Under the pieces are notes generated by a model, which saw only the letters and a program-made list of their open reading frames with translations, was not told the origin of the DNA and searched no databases. Shown piece by piece: positions 1 to 9,300 of a DNA stretch of 64,000 nucleotides. A program made the translations under genes and the position numbers. This DNA comes from a virus. Lineage: Duplodnaviria; Caudoviricetes. Positions within the stretch are counted from its first letter, which is position 1. Every line of letters begins with the position of its first letter. The stretch is from positions 1 through 64,000 of IMG/VR virus record IMGVR_UViG_2857089846_000001. One strand, given 5' to 3'.

Positions 1-1767
1 TCAGGCGATCAGGCCGCGGCGGCGGACGTGCGGCTCGTACACGGCGAGCAGGATGCCTTCGGCGCGGTCGGGGCTCTTCATGCCGCGGGCCTTCATCTGC
101 TTCTTCGACTCCACGACGGCGTAGCCGCCGCTGTTGTTGCCGAGGTTGGGGGTCGTGAGCTGGATGCCGGCCTGGCGGTCGACGCGCAGGCGCAGTCGGC
201 CGGAGCCCGTTGCGGGGTCGGGCTGGAGCAGGGCGCGGCCGGCGAGCCACATCTCGTCCCGCTTCCGGTACGGGCGCATCACGGCGCCCGGGTCGTCCCG
301 CTCGGGAGATTCAGAGACCATCACGCCGATGATCTCGGAGTCGTGCTTGCCGTTGTCTCCCCACACGGTGAGCATGCTGACCGCGCCGTGGCCGAGACCG
401 TTCTTGTCGATCTTGACGTGGACCTTCGCGGTGGAGCCGAGGGCCTGCGCCAGGCGCTCCGCGGCGTGGACCTCTTCGAGGATCTTCTTGGCGACGGTGA
501 CCTGGTTGTCGTTCGCGGCGCCGCTGGAGTGGTGGCGGTGCTCGACGGCGTCGCCGACCACCCGGTAGATGGTGAACTCGTCGCCGCCGTCCGCGGCGAC
601 GTCGATACCGAGGCGTACCCAGGAGCCGCGCTTGACGGTGTGCGTGGCGGTCTCGCCCTTCAGGCCGAGGTCGCACAGGCGGACCCAGCCGGGCCCGGTG
701 GGGTCCTCGTTCTGCTGGGCGTCCTCGACCCACGTGACGGGGATGACCTTGCCGCCGCCGCCCTTGGGGAAGCGGGCGTACACCTTGGCCTGGACGTACG
801 GGTGGTCTTCTCCGTACTCGCGGATGGTGCGGTCGATCCAGTCCTGATCGGGCAGGTGGATCGCGAGGGAGTGCTTCGGTACGCCCGGGGGGCAGTCGTT
901 GCAGAACGGGACGCGTTCGTTGGTGATGGCCGGGCTGTCGAAGGTGGCGATCGGGACGGTGACGGTGCCGGGTTCTTCGGGGTCGTCGCCTTCCTCGCAG
1001 AGGCCTTCGAACCAGGAGCGGGGGTCGTCGGCCGGCGGGTTGCCGATGGCGAGCATCCGCGCGTCACCGGTGAGGAGGTTGTTCGTTCCGTTGCCGATGG
1101 TGCGGGCGATACCGCCGGCCTCGTCCACGATGATCAGCAGTTTCGGCGTGCCGTGGATGCCCTGCATGGCCGCCTCGTCGTTCTCCGGGGCGGTGAAGCC
1201 GTACGCGACGACGACGTCGTTGCCGTAGGCGTCGGGGATCTTCCACTGGGTGGTGTCGCACCATCCGGGCAGGCCTGCGCGGGCGACGGTCTTGCGGATG
1301 TGGGGCCACAGCTGGTTGCGGACCTGCCGGAACCGGGTCGCGGTGGTGACGATGACCATGGTGCCGGGCGGGTTCACGGCCCCGGCCCACGCGACCAGGC
1401 GCCCGGCGATCCATGTCTTGCCGACTCCGAAGCCCGCGGGGCAGGCCACCCTTTTGTGGAAGGGGATGGCGTCGACGATCTCCCGCTGTTTCGACCAGAT
1501 CGACTCCCCCAGCACGTCCTCGATGAACCCGGACGGGGTGTCGTGCCAGAGCCCGTACATGGAGCCGGTCTCGCGCTCGACCTCGGTGAGGACGTGCGCC
1601 AGGTCCACGTTGTCGAGGGTCTTGATGGCCGCGCGGCGCACAGGTACCGGGGCGCGGAGCAGCATGTCGGCGATGCTGGCGGCGTCGGAGGAGCGGACGC
1701 CTTGTCGCTTCTCCTTGGAGGCGTGGGCGGCCACCACGGCGGGGGTCGGGGTGTGCGGGGTGGCCAT
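1..1767 (-). CDS. terL: Phage terminase large subunit
   Basis: Walker A (AGFGVGKT), Walker B (LIIVDEA), coupling motif IGNP, RNase H-like nuclease motifs (LGIDVA, SPDRAE). The ATG at 1767 sits 7 nt after the late-promoter -10 box (leaderless). Confidence 0.9.
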   Translation of the reverse strand: MATPHTPTPAVVAAHASKEKRQGVRSSDAASIADMLLRAPVPVRRAAIKTLDNVDLAHVLTEVERETGSMYGLWHDTPSGFIEDVLGESIWSKQREIVDAIPFHKRVACPAGFGVGKTWIAGRLVAWAGAVNPPGTMVIVTTATRFRQVRNQLWPHIRKTVARAGLPGWCDTTQWKIPDAYGNDVVVAYGFTAPENDEAAMQGIHGTPKLLIIVDEAGGIARTIGNGTNNLLTGDARMLAIGNPPADDPRSWFEGLCEEGDDPEEPGTVTVPIATFDSPAITNERVPFCNDCPPGVPKHSLAIHLPDQDWIDRTIREYGEDHPYVQAKVYARFPKGGGGKVIPVTWVEDAQQNEDPTGPGWVRLCDLGLKGETATHTVKRGSWVRLGIDVAADGGDEFTIYRVVGDAVEHRHHSSGAANDNQVTVAKKILEEVHAAERLAQALGSTAKVHVKIDKNGLGHGAVSMLTVWGDNGKHDSEIIGVMVSESPERDDPGAVMRPYRKRDEMWLAGRALLQPDPATGSGRLRLRVDRQAGIQLTTPNLGNNSGGYAVVESKKQMKARGMKSPDRAEGILLAVYEPHVRRRGLIA

Positions 1768-1774
1768 GGCGCGC

Positions 1775-1805
1775 ACCGTGCATGGCCTGCCCGGCTACCG
1801 TCCCG
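1775..1805 (-). promoter_or_regulatory. Late-promoter motif (terL copy)
   Basis: CGGGACGGTAG-N14-CACGGT-N7-ATG; the same architecture occurs at 10 sites. Confidence 0.7.
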
Positions 1806-1842
1806 GGCCACCGCCAACGTCGGGGGCCACCGCCAACGTCGG
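1805..1842. repeat. 19-bp tandem duplication
   Basis: gggccaccgccaacgtcgg x2. Confidence 0.85.
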
Positions 1843-1978
1843 GGGCAGTAGTCGTATCGAGCCCATCGAAGTCGCGAGAGGGCGGTGAGCGGGCGGTGAG
1901 CGGGCGTACGGCGACGTTCCGGCGCTTGCTACCACGAATGTCTACCTGCGGCCGTCTCGACACGGTGAAATAGGCGGC

Positions 1979-3139
1979 ATGTCCTATCGCAGAATCGCCC
2001 AGTTACACGCCGCTCGCAGCGCGGCTACCAGCCGTGCCCTATCCCGGCCACGACCTCGTGCGGTCAACCGCGTGGTGCGCACTGCGCGAGTCCTGGTTCC
2101 GGTCGCCCCGTCGCCTCGGCGCCGGGCGGGTGCCGCTGGTGGCCACGAGCAGGGCGGTGGTTTGGACTGGGCGCGTCGAATAGAACTGGTCACGGTCGTT
2201 GTCGCGGCGGTCGTAGCGGTGGCTGGGTTGTGGTACTCGAACGTGCAGGCTCGGGAGCAGCGGGCAACGGAGTACGAAGGTCAGATCACCGACCGCTACA
2301 CCGCGGCCGTGGAGAACCTCGGCGACGATGCGATCGATGTACGGCTCGGCGGCATCTACGCCCTGCAGCGCATCATGCAGGACTCGGTCCGCGACCACCC
2401 CACCATCGTGAACGTCCTGACCGCCTACATCCGCAGCCACGCCCCCCTGCCCGAGGCGCCACGGCGCTCGGCAGAAGCTGAAGACCAGAAGAAGGAGCAG
2501 TCGAAACCGACTGAGCCGGATGCCGATGTCCAAGCCGCGCTGTCCGTCCTGGGCCGGCGCAACCCCATCCATGACGCTGGCCGCACCTGGATCGATCTGC
2601 ACAGAGCGGACCTGCGCGGCGCGGACCTGAGCAGCGCGGACCTGAGCAGCGCGGACCTGCGCGGCGCGGACCTGCGCGGCGCGACCCTGGGGAGCACGGA
2701 CCTGAGCGGAGCGGACCTGTTAATGGCGAACCTGCGCGGCGCGGACCTGGACGATGCGGACCTGAGCAGCGCGGACCTCCGCGGCACGGACCTCACTGGC
2801 GCGGGCCTCCGCGCCGCGGACCTCACTGGCGCGGAACTGAGCAGCGCGGACCTCCGCGACGCGGACCTGCGCGGCGCGGGCCTCCGCGACGCGGGCCTCC
2901 GCGGCGCGGACCTCCGCGCCGCGGACCTCACTGGCGCGGATCTGAGCAGCGCGGACCTCACTGGCGCGGACCTCCGCGGCGCGGACCTCCGCGGCGCGAA
3001 TCTCAGAAACTGTCGCGTCTCTGCAGGGCAGGTGGCAGCAGCGGTGCTCAATGCGTACACGAGGTTGCCGTCCGAAATTGCATCCGATCCGAAGGTGTGG
3101 GAGCGGGCCGCTCATCCGTTGCCGGCGGGTGCCCGTTGA
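1979..3139 (+). CDS. Membrane-anchored pentapeptide repeat protein
   Basis: TM segment, [12 protein letters not shown] domain, long A(D/N)LxG/ADLSS run; in-frame TTA codon at 2720. Start uncertain. Confidence 0.85.
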   Translation: MSYRRIAQLHAARSAATSRALSRPRPRAVNRVVRTARVLVPVAPSPRRRAGAAGGHEQGGGLDWARRIELVTVVVAAVVAVAGLWYSNVQAREQRATEYEGQITDRYTAAVENLGDDAIDVRLGGIYALQRIMQDSVRDHPTIVNVLTAYIRSHAPLPEAPRRSAEAEDQKKEQSKPTEPDADVQAALSVLGRRNPIHDAGRTWIDLHRADLRGADLSSADLSSADLRGADLRGATLGSTDLSGADLLMANLRGADLDDADLSSADLRGTDLTGAGLRAADLTGAELSSADLRDADLRGAGLRDAGLRGADLRAADLTGADLSSADLTGADLRGADLRGANLRNCRVSAGQVAAAVLNAYTRLPSEIASDPKVWERAAHPLPAGAR

Positions 3140-3298
3140 TCAGCCGCACGGTGCGGCCCCCGTCCGGTCTCGTGCCTCCGCTGCGGCCACCAGGGGAGTT
3201 GGGTGGGAGCGGTGCGCGATCGGGGACGGGGGCCGGCGGCTGGTGGGGGCGGCCCGGTTGGGGCCGGGCCGCCCCGTGAGCGGGTTGCTGACCTACCT

Positions 3299-3322
3299 CG
3301 TGAAGGGGGTGGGCCCTTCACG
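3299..3322. terminator. Hairpin between convergent genes
   Basis: cgtgaaggg-ggtggg-cccttcacg. Confidence 0.45.
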
Positions 3323-3373
3323 GCCATAGACGGAGTGACCCGCGAAAGCGTTACAGGTTCCGCGGAGGGACTT

Positions 3374-4408
3374 TCAGGTGTTCTCCGCGGGGGCCACGAC
3401 CCTGGCGACGACCTTCGGGTCCCGGTCGATGGCCTCGGCGATCTGCGTGCGGCTCCAGCTGTACGGGGCGGCGTGCATCACGCGAATCGCCGCGTCGCGG
3501 ATCTCGATGGCCGCGGACCGTCGAGCCTGCGCGGCCTCGTACTCCTTGGCGATATCGGGGAGGGTCGAGGCGGCGTCCTCGAGGAACGGCACGCCGGCGG
3601 CGCGGGCCGCGGCGGGCTGGTCGGCCCTCTTGGGCGGCTCGCTGTCGCGGGGGAGCCCGAGGGCGCGGGTCAGGACGCGCTTGAGCGAGTTCCGGTTGAT
3701 GCCCGCGGAGTAGTACACGCCGCGGGCGGTGGTGTAGAAGGCGAGACTGCACACCGCGGCGTCCCGCTCGGGCAGCAGGGTCGCGGCCTCCTCCTCCGCC
3801 TGGTCGACGGCCTCGGCGGCGCGGCGCAGCCGCTCCTCCGGGGAGACGGCGAGCTTGGCGAACTCCTCCACGATCTCCTTGCGGGCCTGCTCGCGGATGG
3901 CGTCGAAGTCGGGGCGCTCCAGGGCTTCGACTGCCACGCGGCCGCCGGCGGTGCGGACGGCTTCGTGCGCGGCCTCCAGGTGCGCGAGGGCGGCGCCGCG
4001 GCGGGCTTCGGCGTACTCGTACCGTTCGGCGACGGCGGCGGCCTGGTCCACGACGTTCTTCGGGTGCGGGATACCGGCGTCGGCAGCGGCCTTCGCCCGG
4101 TCCGCGGGCCAGCTCGGCGGGCTGACCGGGTCTTCGAGGCCTCCGAGGAGCTCGCTCATGGCCAGCCGCTTGAGGTGGGTGCGGGTGATCCCGAACCGCT
4201 CGTGCAGCTGGGGAGCGTACTCGTACAGGGCCGCGGCGGCGATGAGCTGCTGCCACTCGCTCCTCCGCGAGGCGAGCTCCATGTGCGCCTGGTCGCGGAT
4301 TTCCTCGGCGACGGTGCGCCGCTCGAAGGGGTCCTTCACCTCGGCGAGTTCGGCGTTGACCTCGGCTTTCGCCGCGGCGCGGAGCTTGGCGTAGTCGGTG
4401 CTGCTCAT
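3374..4408 (-). CDS. Hypothetical multi-HTH protein with internal duplication
   Basis: Two similar segments (ITRTHLKRL..AAADAGIP..YEYAEARR / INRNSLKRV..AARAAGVP..YEAAQARR) and a C-terminal HTH-like WSRTQIAEAIDRDPKVV. Confidence 0.7.
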   Translation of the reverse strand: MSSTDYAKLRAAAKAEVNAELAEVKDPFERRTVAEEIRDQAHMELASRRSEWQQLIAAAALYEYAPQLHERFGITRTHLKRLAMSELLGGLEDPVSPPSWPADRAKAAADAGIPHPKNVVDQAAAVAERYEYAEARRGAALAHLEAAHEAVRTAGGRVAVEALERPDFDAIREQARKEIVEEFAKLAVSPEERLRRAAEAVDQAEEEAATLLPERDAAVCSLAFYTTARGVYYSAGINRNSLKRVLTRALGLPRDSEPPKRADQPAAARAAGVPFLEDAASTLPDIAKEYEAAQARRSAAIEIRDAAIRVMHAAPYSWSRTQIAEAIDRDPKVVARVVAPAENT

Positions 4409-4488
4409 GGCGGTGTCCCGTTTCCGGGCGCGCGCCCTGGGGGCGCTGGTGGCAGGGGCCTCCCCTAGCCGTTCATCCTTGGCCCGAA

Positions 4489-4503
4489 ACTGTACACCAC
4501 GTC
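4489..4503 (-). promoter_or_regulatory. Early promoter/operator motif GACGTGGTGTACAGT
   Basis: Repeated motif ending in a TACAGT -10-like hexamer, ~80 bp upstream of the 4408 start. Confidence 0.6.
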
Positions 4504-4631
4504 TCGACTGGGGAGGGTTGTGCGGCTGAGGTCCAGGAGCGCGAGGAGCAGCAGGGTGTCCATCACGGGCGGCCGGCCCGCTTCCAGGCGGACGCGTGGC
4601 GGGATGGTCCGCGGGGGTGTGGCGGTGGCGG

Positions 4632-5060
4632 TCATCGCTTCCCCTTCCGGGCGCGCTTGGCCTCCCAGTACGGGCGGTACTCGGCGGCCGAGCACAGGTA
4701 CATGACGTAGACGGTGCGGGAGGCGAGCGTGACGCTGATGCCGTAGGGCCGGGGGCCGCCGCGCATCCATCCGGTGCTGATGGGGACGGAGGTGCCGGTG
4801 CGCCACCCGCCGACGGTCCACCGTCCGATGAGGCGTCCGCCGAAGTCGCGCCACCAGGAGTCGTGGATGGCGAGGCCGACGGTCGGCCCGAGGCGGGCCA
4901 GGCTGATCGTCAGGCGCCACATGCTCAGGGTGACGCCGACGGTGCGCATGCGGGCCCTGTCGGGGTCGTAGGCGCGCATGGGGCCGATGGCGAAGCGGGA
5001 GCCGCCGCGCCACAGCAGCAGGTGCCAGCACAGGGTGAGCTGGATGGTGCGGGCCTTCAT
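4632..5060 (-). CDS. Hypothetical protein
   Basis: ATGA-coupled to the HNH gene. Confidence 0.55.
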   Translation of the reverse strand: MKARTIQLTLCWHLLLWRGGSRFAIGPMRAYDPDRARMRTVGVTLSMWRLTISLARLGPTVGLAIHDSWWRDFGGRLIGRWTVGGWRTGTSVPISTGWMRGGPRPYGISVTLASRTVYVMYLCSAAEYRPYWEAKRARKGKR

Positions 5061-5437
5061 CGTGCACCGCCGGCGTGGGCGTAGCGGATGGGCGGCGCGA
5101 TGCGGGAGCGGGTGCCGTCGGGGTGGAGGACGTACTCGGCTCCGCTCGGGTAGCGGACGGGCATCTCCCCGGGGAGCATCGGCCTGCGGACCTTCCAGCC
5201 GTGGCTGTAGGACTCGCGGGGGTGGTCCTCGAACCAGCCATTACAGGTAGTGCAGGTGAGGAGCAGGTTATGCGGCTCGTTGATCCACTCCTCCCGGGCG
5301 CCGCCCATGCCCCGGTTGACGCGGTGGTGGATGGTCAAGTCCCGGACGGTGTTGCAGCGCACGCAGCGCCCGCCGTCGCGCAGGTGGACGAGTTGGCGGA
5401 CCGTGTCCGTGGGGCCTGTGCGGCGTCGAGAGGCCAC
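5057..5437 (-). CDS. HNH endonuclease
   Basis: RDGGRCVRC..HHRVNRGMGG..NLLLTCTTCN; GTG start inferred; late-promoter motif at 5510-5540. Confidence 0.85.
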   Translation of the reverse strand: MASRRRTGPTDTVRQLVHLRDGGRCVRCNTVRDLTIHHRVNRGMGGAREEWINEPHNLLLTCTTCNGWFEDHPRESYSHGWKVRRPMLPGEMPVRYPSGAEYVLHPDGTRSRIAPPIRYAHAGGAR

Positions 5438-5552
5438 GGCAGGGGTTCTCCGTCCCGCCCCGCACGCTGGGCCGCGACGGCGGCCGCGGGGAGCGGCGAG
5501 GCGGGACGGAACATGCACGCCCGGGACGGCTACCGTCGCGGGCTGCCGGCGA

Positions 5553-6047
5553 TCAGTGGCGCAGCTTGTTGACCGCGGTCATCAGGGTCTGCATCGCTTC
5601 CCGGGCCCGGTCACGGCTGCCCGCGTCGAGAACAGCGAGCGCGGCCGCTGCGGCTTCGCGTACGGAGTGGGGCAGTTCCTCGGTGGCCGCGACCTGGTAA
5701 GCGGTGGCACGGCGGGCGCGGCGCTCTTCGGCGGAGACTGCGTCGTCGCCGGAGAGGGGGAAGACGGACGCCTCGTACATGGCGATCTTGACCAGGGTCA
5801 TGTGGGCGATGCCTTCGGCGTAGCCGCGCGCGGCGGCTTCACCGCGGGCCTTGGTGAGGTTGGCCAGGGTGCGCCGGCGAACAAGCTGGGTGCCGATGGC
5901 CGTGCCGCCGCCGAGGGACACTGCGGCGATGAGGCCGAGCGCCGGGCCTTCCAGGATGGCGCCGAGGGCAGCGCCGATAGCGGCTGCGCAGGTAACCATC
6001 GTGGTCATGAGCAGCAGGTATTCGCGTCTGGGGTCGTGCCGGGCCAT
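5553..6047 (-). CDS. Hypothetical membrane protein
   Basis: Two N-terminal hydrophobic helices. Confidence 0.65.
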   Translation of the reverse strand: MARHDPRREYLLLMTTMVTCAAAIGAALGAILEGPALGLIAAVSLGGGTAIGTQLVRRRTLANLTKARGEAAARGYAEGIAHMTLVKIAMYEASVFPLSGDDAVSAEERRARRATAYQVAATEELPHSVREAAAAALAVLDAGSRDRAREAMQTLMTAVNKLRH

Positions 6048-6119
6048 GGGGTGCAGTGTGCCAGCCGGGTGCGACAGCGTGGCGGGGCGGGACCGGCAGC
6101 GCGGGCCCGCCCCGGCTGC

Positions 6120-6620
6120 TCAGGAGGTCGCGGCGGCCTCGCGTTGCTGTCGCTCGCGCGCGGTGCTCATGGCGTCGAGGAGCTCGACGGCGTACGGGAC
6201 GGGCACGTAGGCAACGAAGACGCGGCCGGTGTTGGCGTCGTTGCCGCCGAGGACGACTTCGTACTCCGCGCCGGTCTGTTCGTCGTCGTAGTTGTACGTG
6301 CCGGGTCCTTCGTCTTCCAGGGGACCGTCGGCGTGGTCGAACCAGGCGATCCCGAAGACTTCGTCCACGGCTTCGGCGATCACCGCGTTCGGTACGTCGT
6401 CGAGCTCGACGGTGGCGCGGGTGTCGTCATCGACGCACACCCGGCCTGCGCCGAGGTCGTTCGGCCGGTCGATGTGGAGCATGACGGGGCAGCAGTAGGT
6501 CGGGGTCTTGGTGTGGTCGAGGCCGGGCAGCGCCAGGCGCAGCGCGTTGACGGCGCTCTCCTGGAGGCTGTCGGACGCTTCTTTCCACGCTTCGAGGGCG
6601 TTCATCACGGTGGGCTTCAT
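6120..6620 (-). CDS. Hypothetical acidic protein
   Basis: Typical high-GC codon usage from the ATG at 6620, RBS-like ggaaaga. Confidence 0.7.
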   Translation of the reverse strand: MKPTVMNALEAWKEASDSLQESAVNALRLALPGLDHTKTPTYCCPVMLHIDRPNDLGAGRVCVDDDTRATVELDDVPNAVIAEAVDEVFGIAWFDHADGPLEDEGPGTYNYDDEQTGAEYEVVLGGNDANTGRVFVAYVPVPYAVELLDAMSTARERQQREAAATS

Positions 6621-6844
6621 GGTGCTCTTTCCGGTCGTTCGTGCCGGGCGTGCCGATGGGGTCGGCTGCCTGGCCTGGAGCGGTCGGAGCTGATGAAGCC
6701 GGCTGAAGGGGTTTGCGTCCCGGGTGAGGCCGCTTGTCGGCCGAGGATGCCGGTGACCACGGCGCGGCCGCAGCGGCTCACCGGGGTCCGCTACGGCCCT
6801 TGTTCGTCTTCTTCCTTCGGTTGTGTTGGGTTCTTCTTGTTTAC

Positions 6845-6966
6845 GTGCGCTGCAGCGCATCAGGCCAGGTGCGGTGTAGCGCACGTGGCCAGGTACGCCA
6901 CAGCGCACGTGGATTTCACCTGATGCGCTGCAGCGCACTAGGAAACCCTGATGCGCTGGAGCGCAC
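6845..6966. repeat. Array of five 16-bp palindromes RTGCGCTGCAGCGCAY
   Basis: Copies at 6845, 6869, 6893, 6923, 6951. Confidence 0.85.
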
Positions 6967-6971
6967 TTGGG

Positions 6972-7157
6972 CTATTTCCGCAGGCCACGACGGACACGGC
7001 GCAGGCGCTTCAGGCTGGAGGCGAGCATTCGGTCCAGGGCATCCCGGCCGGGCGGGTGGGCGTAGACGATCCGCGGGGGCACGGTCTCGCCGATCACCAG
7101 CCGGGAGGAAACGACACCGCCGGAGGGCCGGGCATCGGGTGCGGAGCTGTCAGTCAT
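6972..7157 (-). CDS. Small hypothetical protein (leaderless, late promoter)
   Basis: ATG lies 7 nt after GACGGTAG-N14-TACGTT (7165-7195). Confidence 0.6.
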   Translation of the reverse strand: MTDSSAPDARPSGGVVSSRLVIGETVPPRIVYAHPPGRDALDRMLASSLKRLRRVRRGLRK

Positions 7158-7199
7158 GGGCGGGAACGTAGACGCGGCCGCGTACTACCGTCCCGTGCG

Positions 7200-7559
7200 T
7201 CAGCGTGCCTCGCGGAACGCGGCGATCATGGCGGCCGTCTCCTCGTCGGTGAACCCGTCAGCGGCCTCCAGAGCGGCCTCCGGGAGCGGGTCGTCGGCCG
7301 AGTGCCCCAGTGCGGGCTCTCCGTCCAGGTGCCCACACATTGCGTCCAGGTGGTCCAAGAGCGTCGCCTGCCGGGCCTGCTCGGCGCTGAGGGAGCGCCA
7401 CCACTCATACCGACCGCGCACATCGTGCGGACGCGGCGGGAGGCTGCGGCGCAGCATGTCGGCCCGGGCTGCGAGCGTGATCCGCACGGCGAGGCGCAGA
7501 GCGTCCGGGCTGGCTGCCGTACCGGTCGCGGAGGCCGTGGGGGCGGAACCGGTGACCAT
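7200..7559 (-). CDS. Hypothetical protein
   Basis: ORF with protein-like composition. Confidence 0.6.
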   Translation of the reverse strand: MVTGSAPTASATGTAASPDALRLAVRITLAARADMLRRSLPPRPHDVRGRYEWWRSLSAEQARQATLLDHLDAMCGHLDGEPALGHSADDPLPEAALEAADGFTDEETAAMIAAFREAR

Positions 7560-7646
7560 GTGGCCACAGTGCCACCCGGGACTGACACGACCCGACGCCC
7601 CGGGCGACGGGCAGTCGTCCGGGGCGCGCGGATCATCCGGCCGGGC

Positions 7647-7862
7647 CTACAGGTAGCGGATCACCGCGGTGGCGCCGAGCCGGCCGAACGCGATCGACTC
7701 CCCGGTGAGGGTGACGGTGGCGGCCCGGCCACCGACGCGGATACGGATGGTGGAACCGAGCGGCGCTGCGCTAACGAAGGTGATCTCGCGGTCGCCGAAG
7801 AGCGGCTGGCCGTTGATCACGACGTACGTGCGCGGACGCGCGGCGGCGTTGTTCTGGCCCAT
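7647..7862 (-). CDS. Small hypothetical protein
   Basis: RBS gaaagg before ATG 7862; beta-rich composition. Confidence 0.6.
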   Translation of the reverse strand: MGQNNAAARPRTYVVINGQPLFGDREITFVSAAPLGSTIRIRVGGRAATVTLTGESIAFGRLGATAVIRYL

Positions 7863-7961
7863 TGGATGGCCTTTCGGTGCGGGGTTGCGACGCCAGGTTG
7901 GGCGCCTCACCCCTTCGGCGCGGTCGTGCGGGGTAGGACAGCATGACCGCGCAGGATTCGC

Positions 7962-8405
7962 TCAGGCCGCTGCCGCTATGTCTTCCTGCGCGAGCGTGGC
8001 GCCCTTGTAGGTCTTCAGGGCCTGCCGCGCCTTGACGACATCTTCCGGGGAGCAGTGCTGCCGGACGGCGTTCCAGTGCGGGTGACAGCTGACGTCGATC
8101 GCGCGCTCGCGGGCCTGCGCCCACAGCCGGTCATACTCGGCGTTCTGCTCGTCGGTCCAGCCGCCGGTTTCCGGCCGCGCGGTCTCCCGCCACCGTCCGC
8201 TGCCGGTGTCGTCCCATCCCCCGCCGGGCTCGACCGACCACGGCAGGTCAGGGTTCGCGCTGAAGGCGTGCAGTTCGGCGTAGGCGGCGGCAAGCGCCTG
8301 CTGCTTCTGGACCAGGTCGGGCGGGAAGTACAGGGGGTCGAACGGCTGCTCGTCGGCGGTGGAGGCGTTGTTCGTCGGGTTCTGCTCGGGGGAGGTGCTC
8401 GGCAT
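7962..8405 (-). CDS. Hypothetical protein
   Basis: Trp-rich ORF starting MPSTSPEQ. Confidence 0.6.
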   Translation of the reverse strand: MPSTSPEQNPTNNASTADEQPFDPLYFPPDLVQKQQALAAAYAELHAFSANPDLPWSVEPGGGWDDTGSGRWRETARPETGGWTDEQNAEYDRLWAQARERAIDVSCHPHWNAVRQHCSPEDVVKARQALKTYKGATLAQEDIAAAA

Positions 8406-8493
8406 GTTCGGGGATGTTAGTTCGAGGCTCTGACATGCGGGGGCACCCCGCCGCGCGCCTGGCGGCGGGGTGCCTCGCGGGGCGGGACGAGGT

Positions 8494-8862
8494 TCAGGAG
8501 GAGGCGCCGCCGGTGACGGCGCCGGCGTCCGTGCCGGACGTCGTACCGGTGGTCGTGCCGCCGTCTGTGCCGGACGTCCCGCCGGACGTCGTACCGGTGG
8601 TCGTGCCGCCGTCCGTGCCGGACGTCGGGGCCGGGCCGGGGCCGCCGCCGGTCGTCGTGCCCGCGTCCGTGCCGCCGGTCGGCGTCGGGCTGGTGGGCGA
8701 CGGGACCGGCGTAGTGGCGGTGGGCGACGGGGCCGGCCCGGGGCCGGGCGCACTCGGGCTGCCACCGAACACAGCGATGAGGGCGACGACGATGCCGAGG
8801 ACGACCAGGGCGAGACCGAGAAGCTCGGCGGCGCTGCGCAGCGAGGTCCGGGAGTCGGACAT
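8494..8862 (-). CDS. Membrane-anchored Thr/Gly/Pro-rich protein
   Basis: One TM helix, repeated TSGTDGGTTTG; late-promoter motif at 8896-8926. Confidence 0.65.
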   Translation of the reverse strand: MSDSRTSLRSAAELLGLALVVLGIVVALIAVFGGSPSAPGPGPAPSPTATTPVPSPTSPTPTGGTDAGTTTGGGPGPAPTSGTDGGTTTGTTSGGTSGTDGGTTTGTTSGTDAGAVTGGASS

Positions 8863-8948
8863 GGGGAACCTTCCTGTCGGAGACGAATCCGCGGGAGGGT
8901 CGCCTACCGTCACGCCTTGCGTCGCGTCCTGCCGCCTACTCTCGAACC

Positions 8949-9257
8949 ATGGACACCAGCACGGAACCGGAGCAGGCACCGCCGTGGCGGCCGGAAGACG
9001 GACCCGCGCCGACGGTGTGGCTCTGGCCTGCCGGGAACCGCCCGGGTCTGTTCGTGCTGGTGAACGGGCGATGGCGGTATGCCGTCGTGCAGGCCCGGCA
9101 CGACTACCCGGACGGCCGGGTCTCGTATCAGGTGGAAGTCGACGTGCACGGCTCGACGTCGATCACCTCCCGTTCGTACTGGTGGCCGCAGGAAGGGCTC
9201 AAGGCGGCGCACGGCAGCACAGTGGAGCCGACTCGCTTCCAGGGCCGGTACGGCTGA
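8949..9257 (+). CDS. Hypothetical protein
   Basis: Protein-like, beta-rich ORF. Confidence 0.65.
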   Translation: MDTSTEPEQAPPWRPEDGPAPTVWLWPAGNRPGLFVLVNGRWRYAVVQARHDYPDGRVSYQVEVDVHGSTSITSRSYWWPQEGLKAAHGSTVEPTRFQGRYG

Positions 9258-9300
9258 CCGCGTAGCCGTCAGTAGGTGGAGCCGATGAGCGCCGGGCCGG

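Noticed and set aside
28-1851. Long antisense/shadow ORFs (also 52736-54907, 54941-57502, 60321-62876 and others)
   Set aside because: Typical stop-poor opposite frames of high-GC genes; the true frames carry recognisable motifs.
2605-3005. 15-bp periodic DNA repeats resembling an array
   Set aside because: Fully explained by pentapeptide-repeat coding.
6690-6710. CTGATGA hammerhead-like core
   Set aside because: Followed by GAAG rather than GAAA, stem II only ~2 bp, and no convincing stems I/III.
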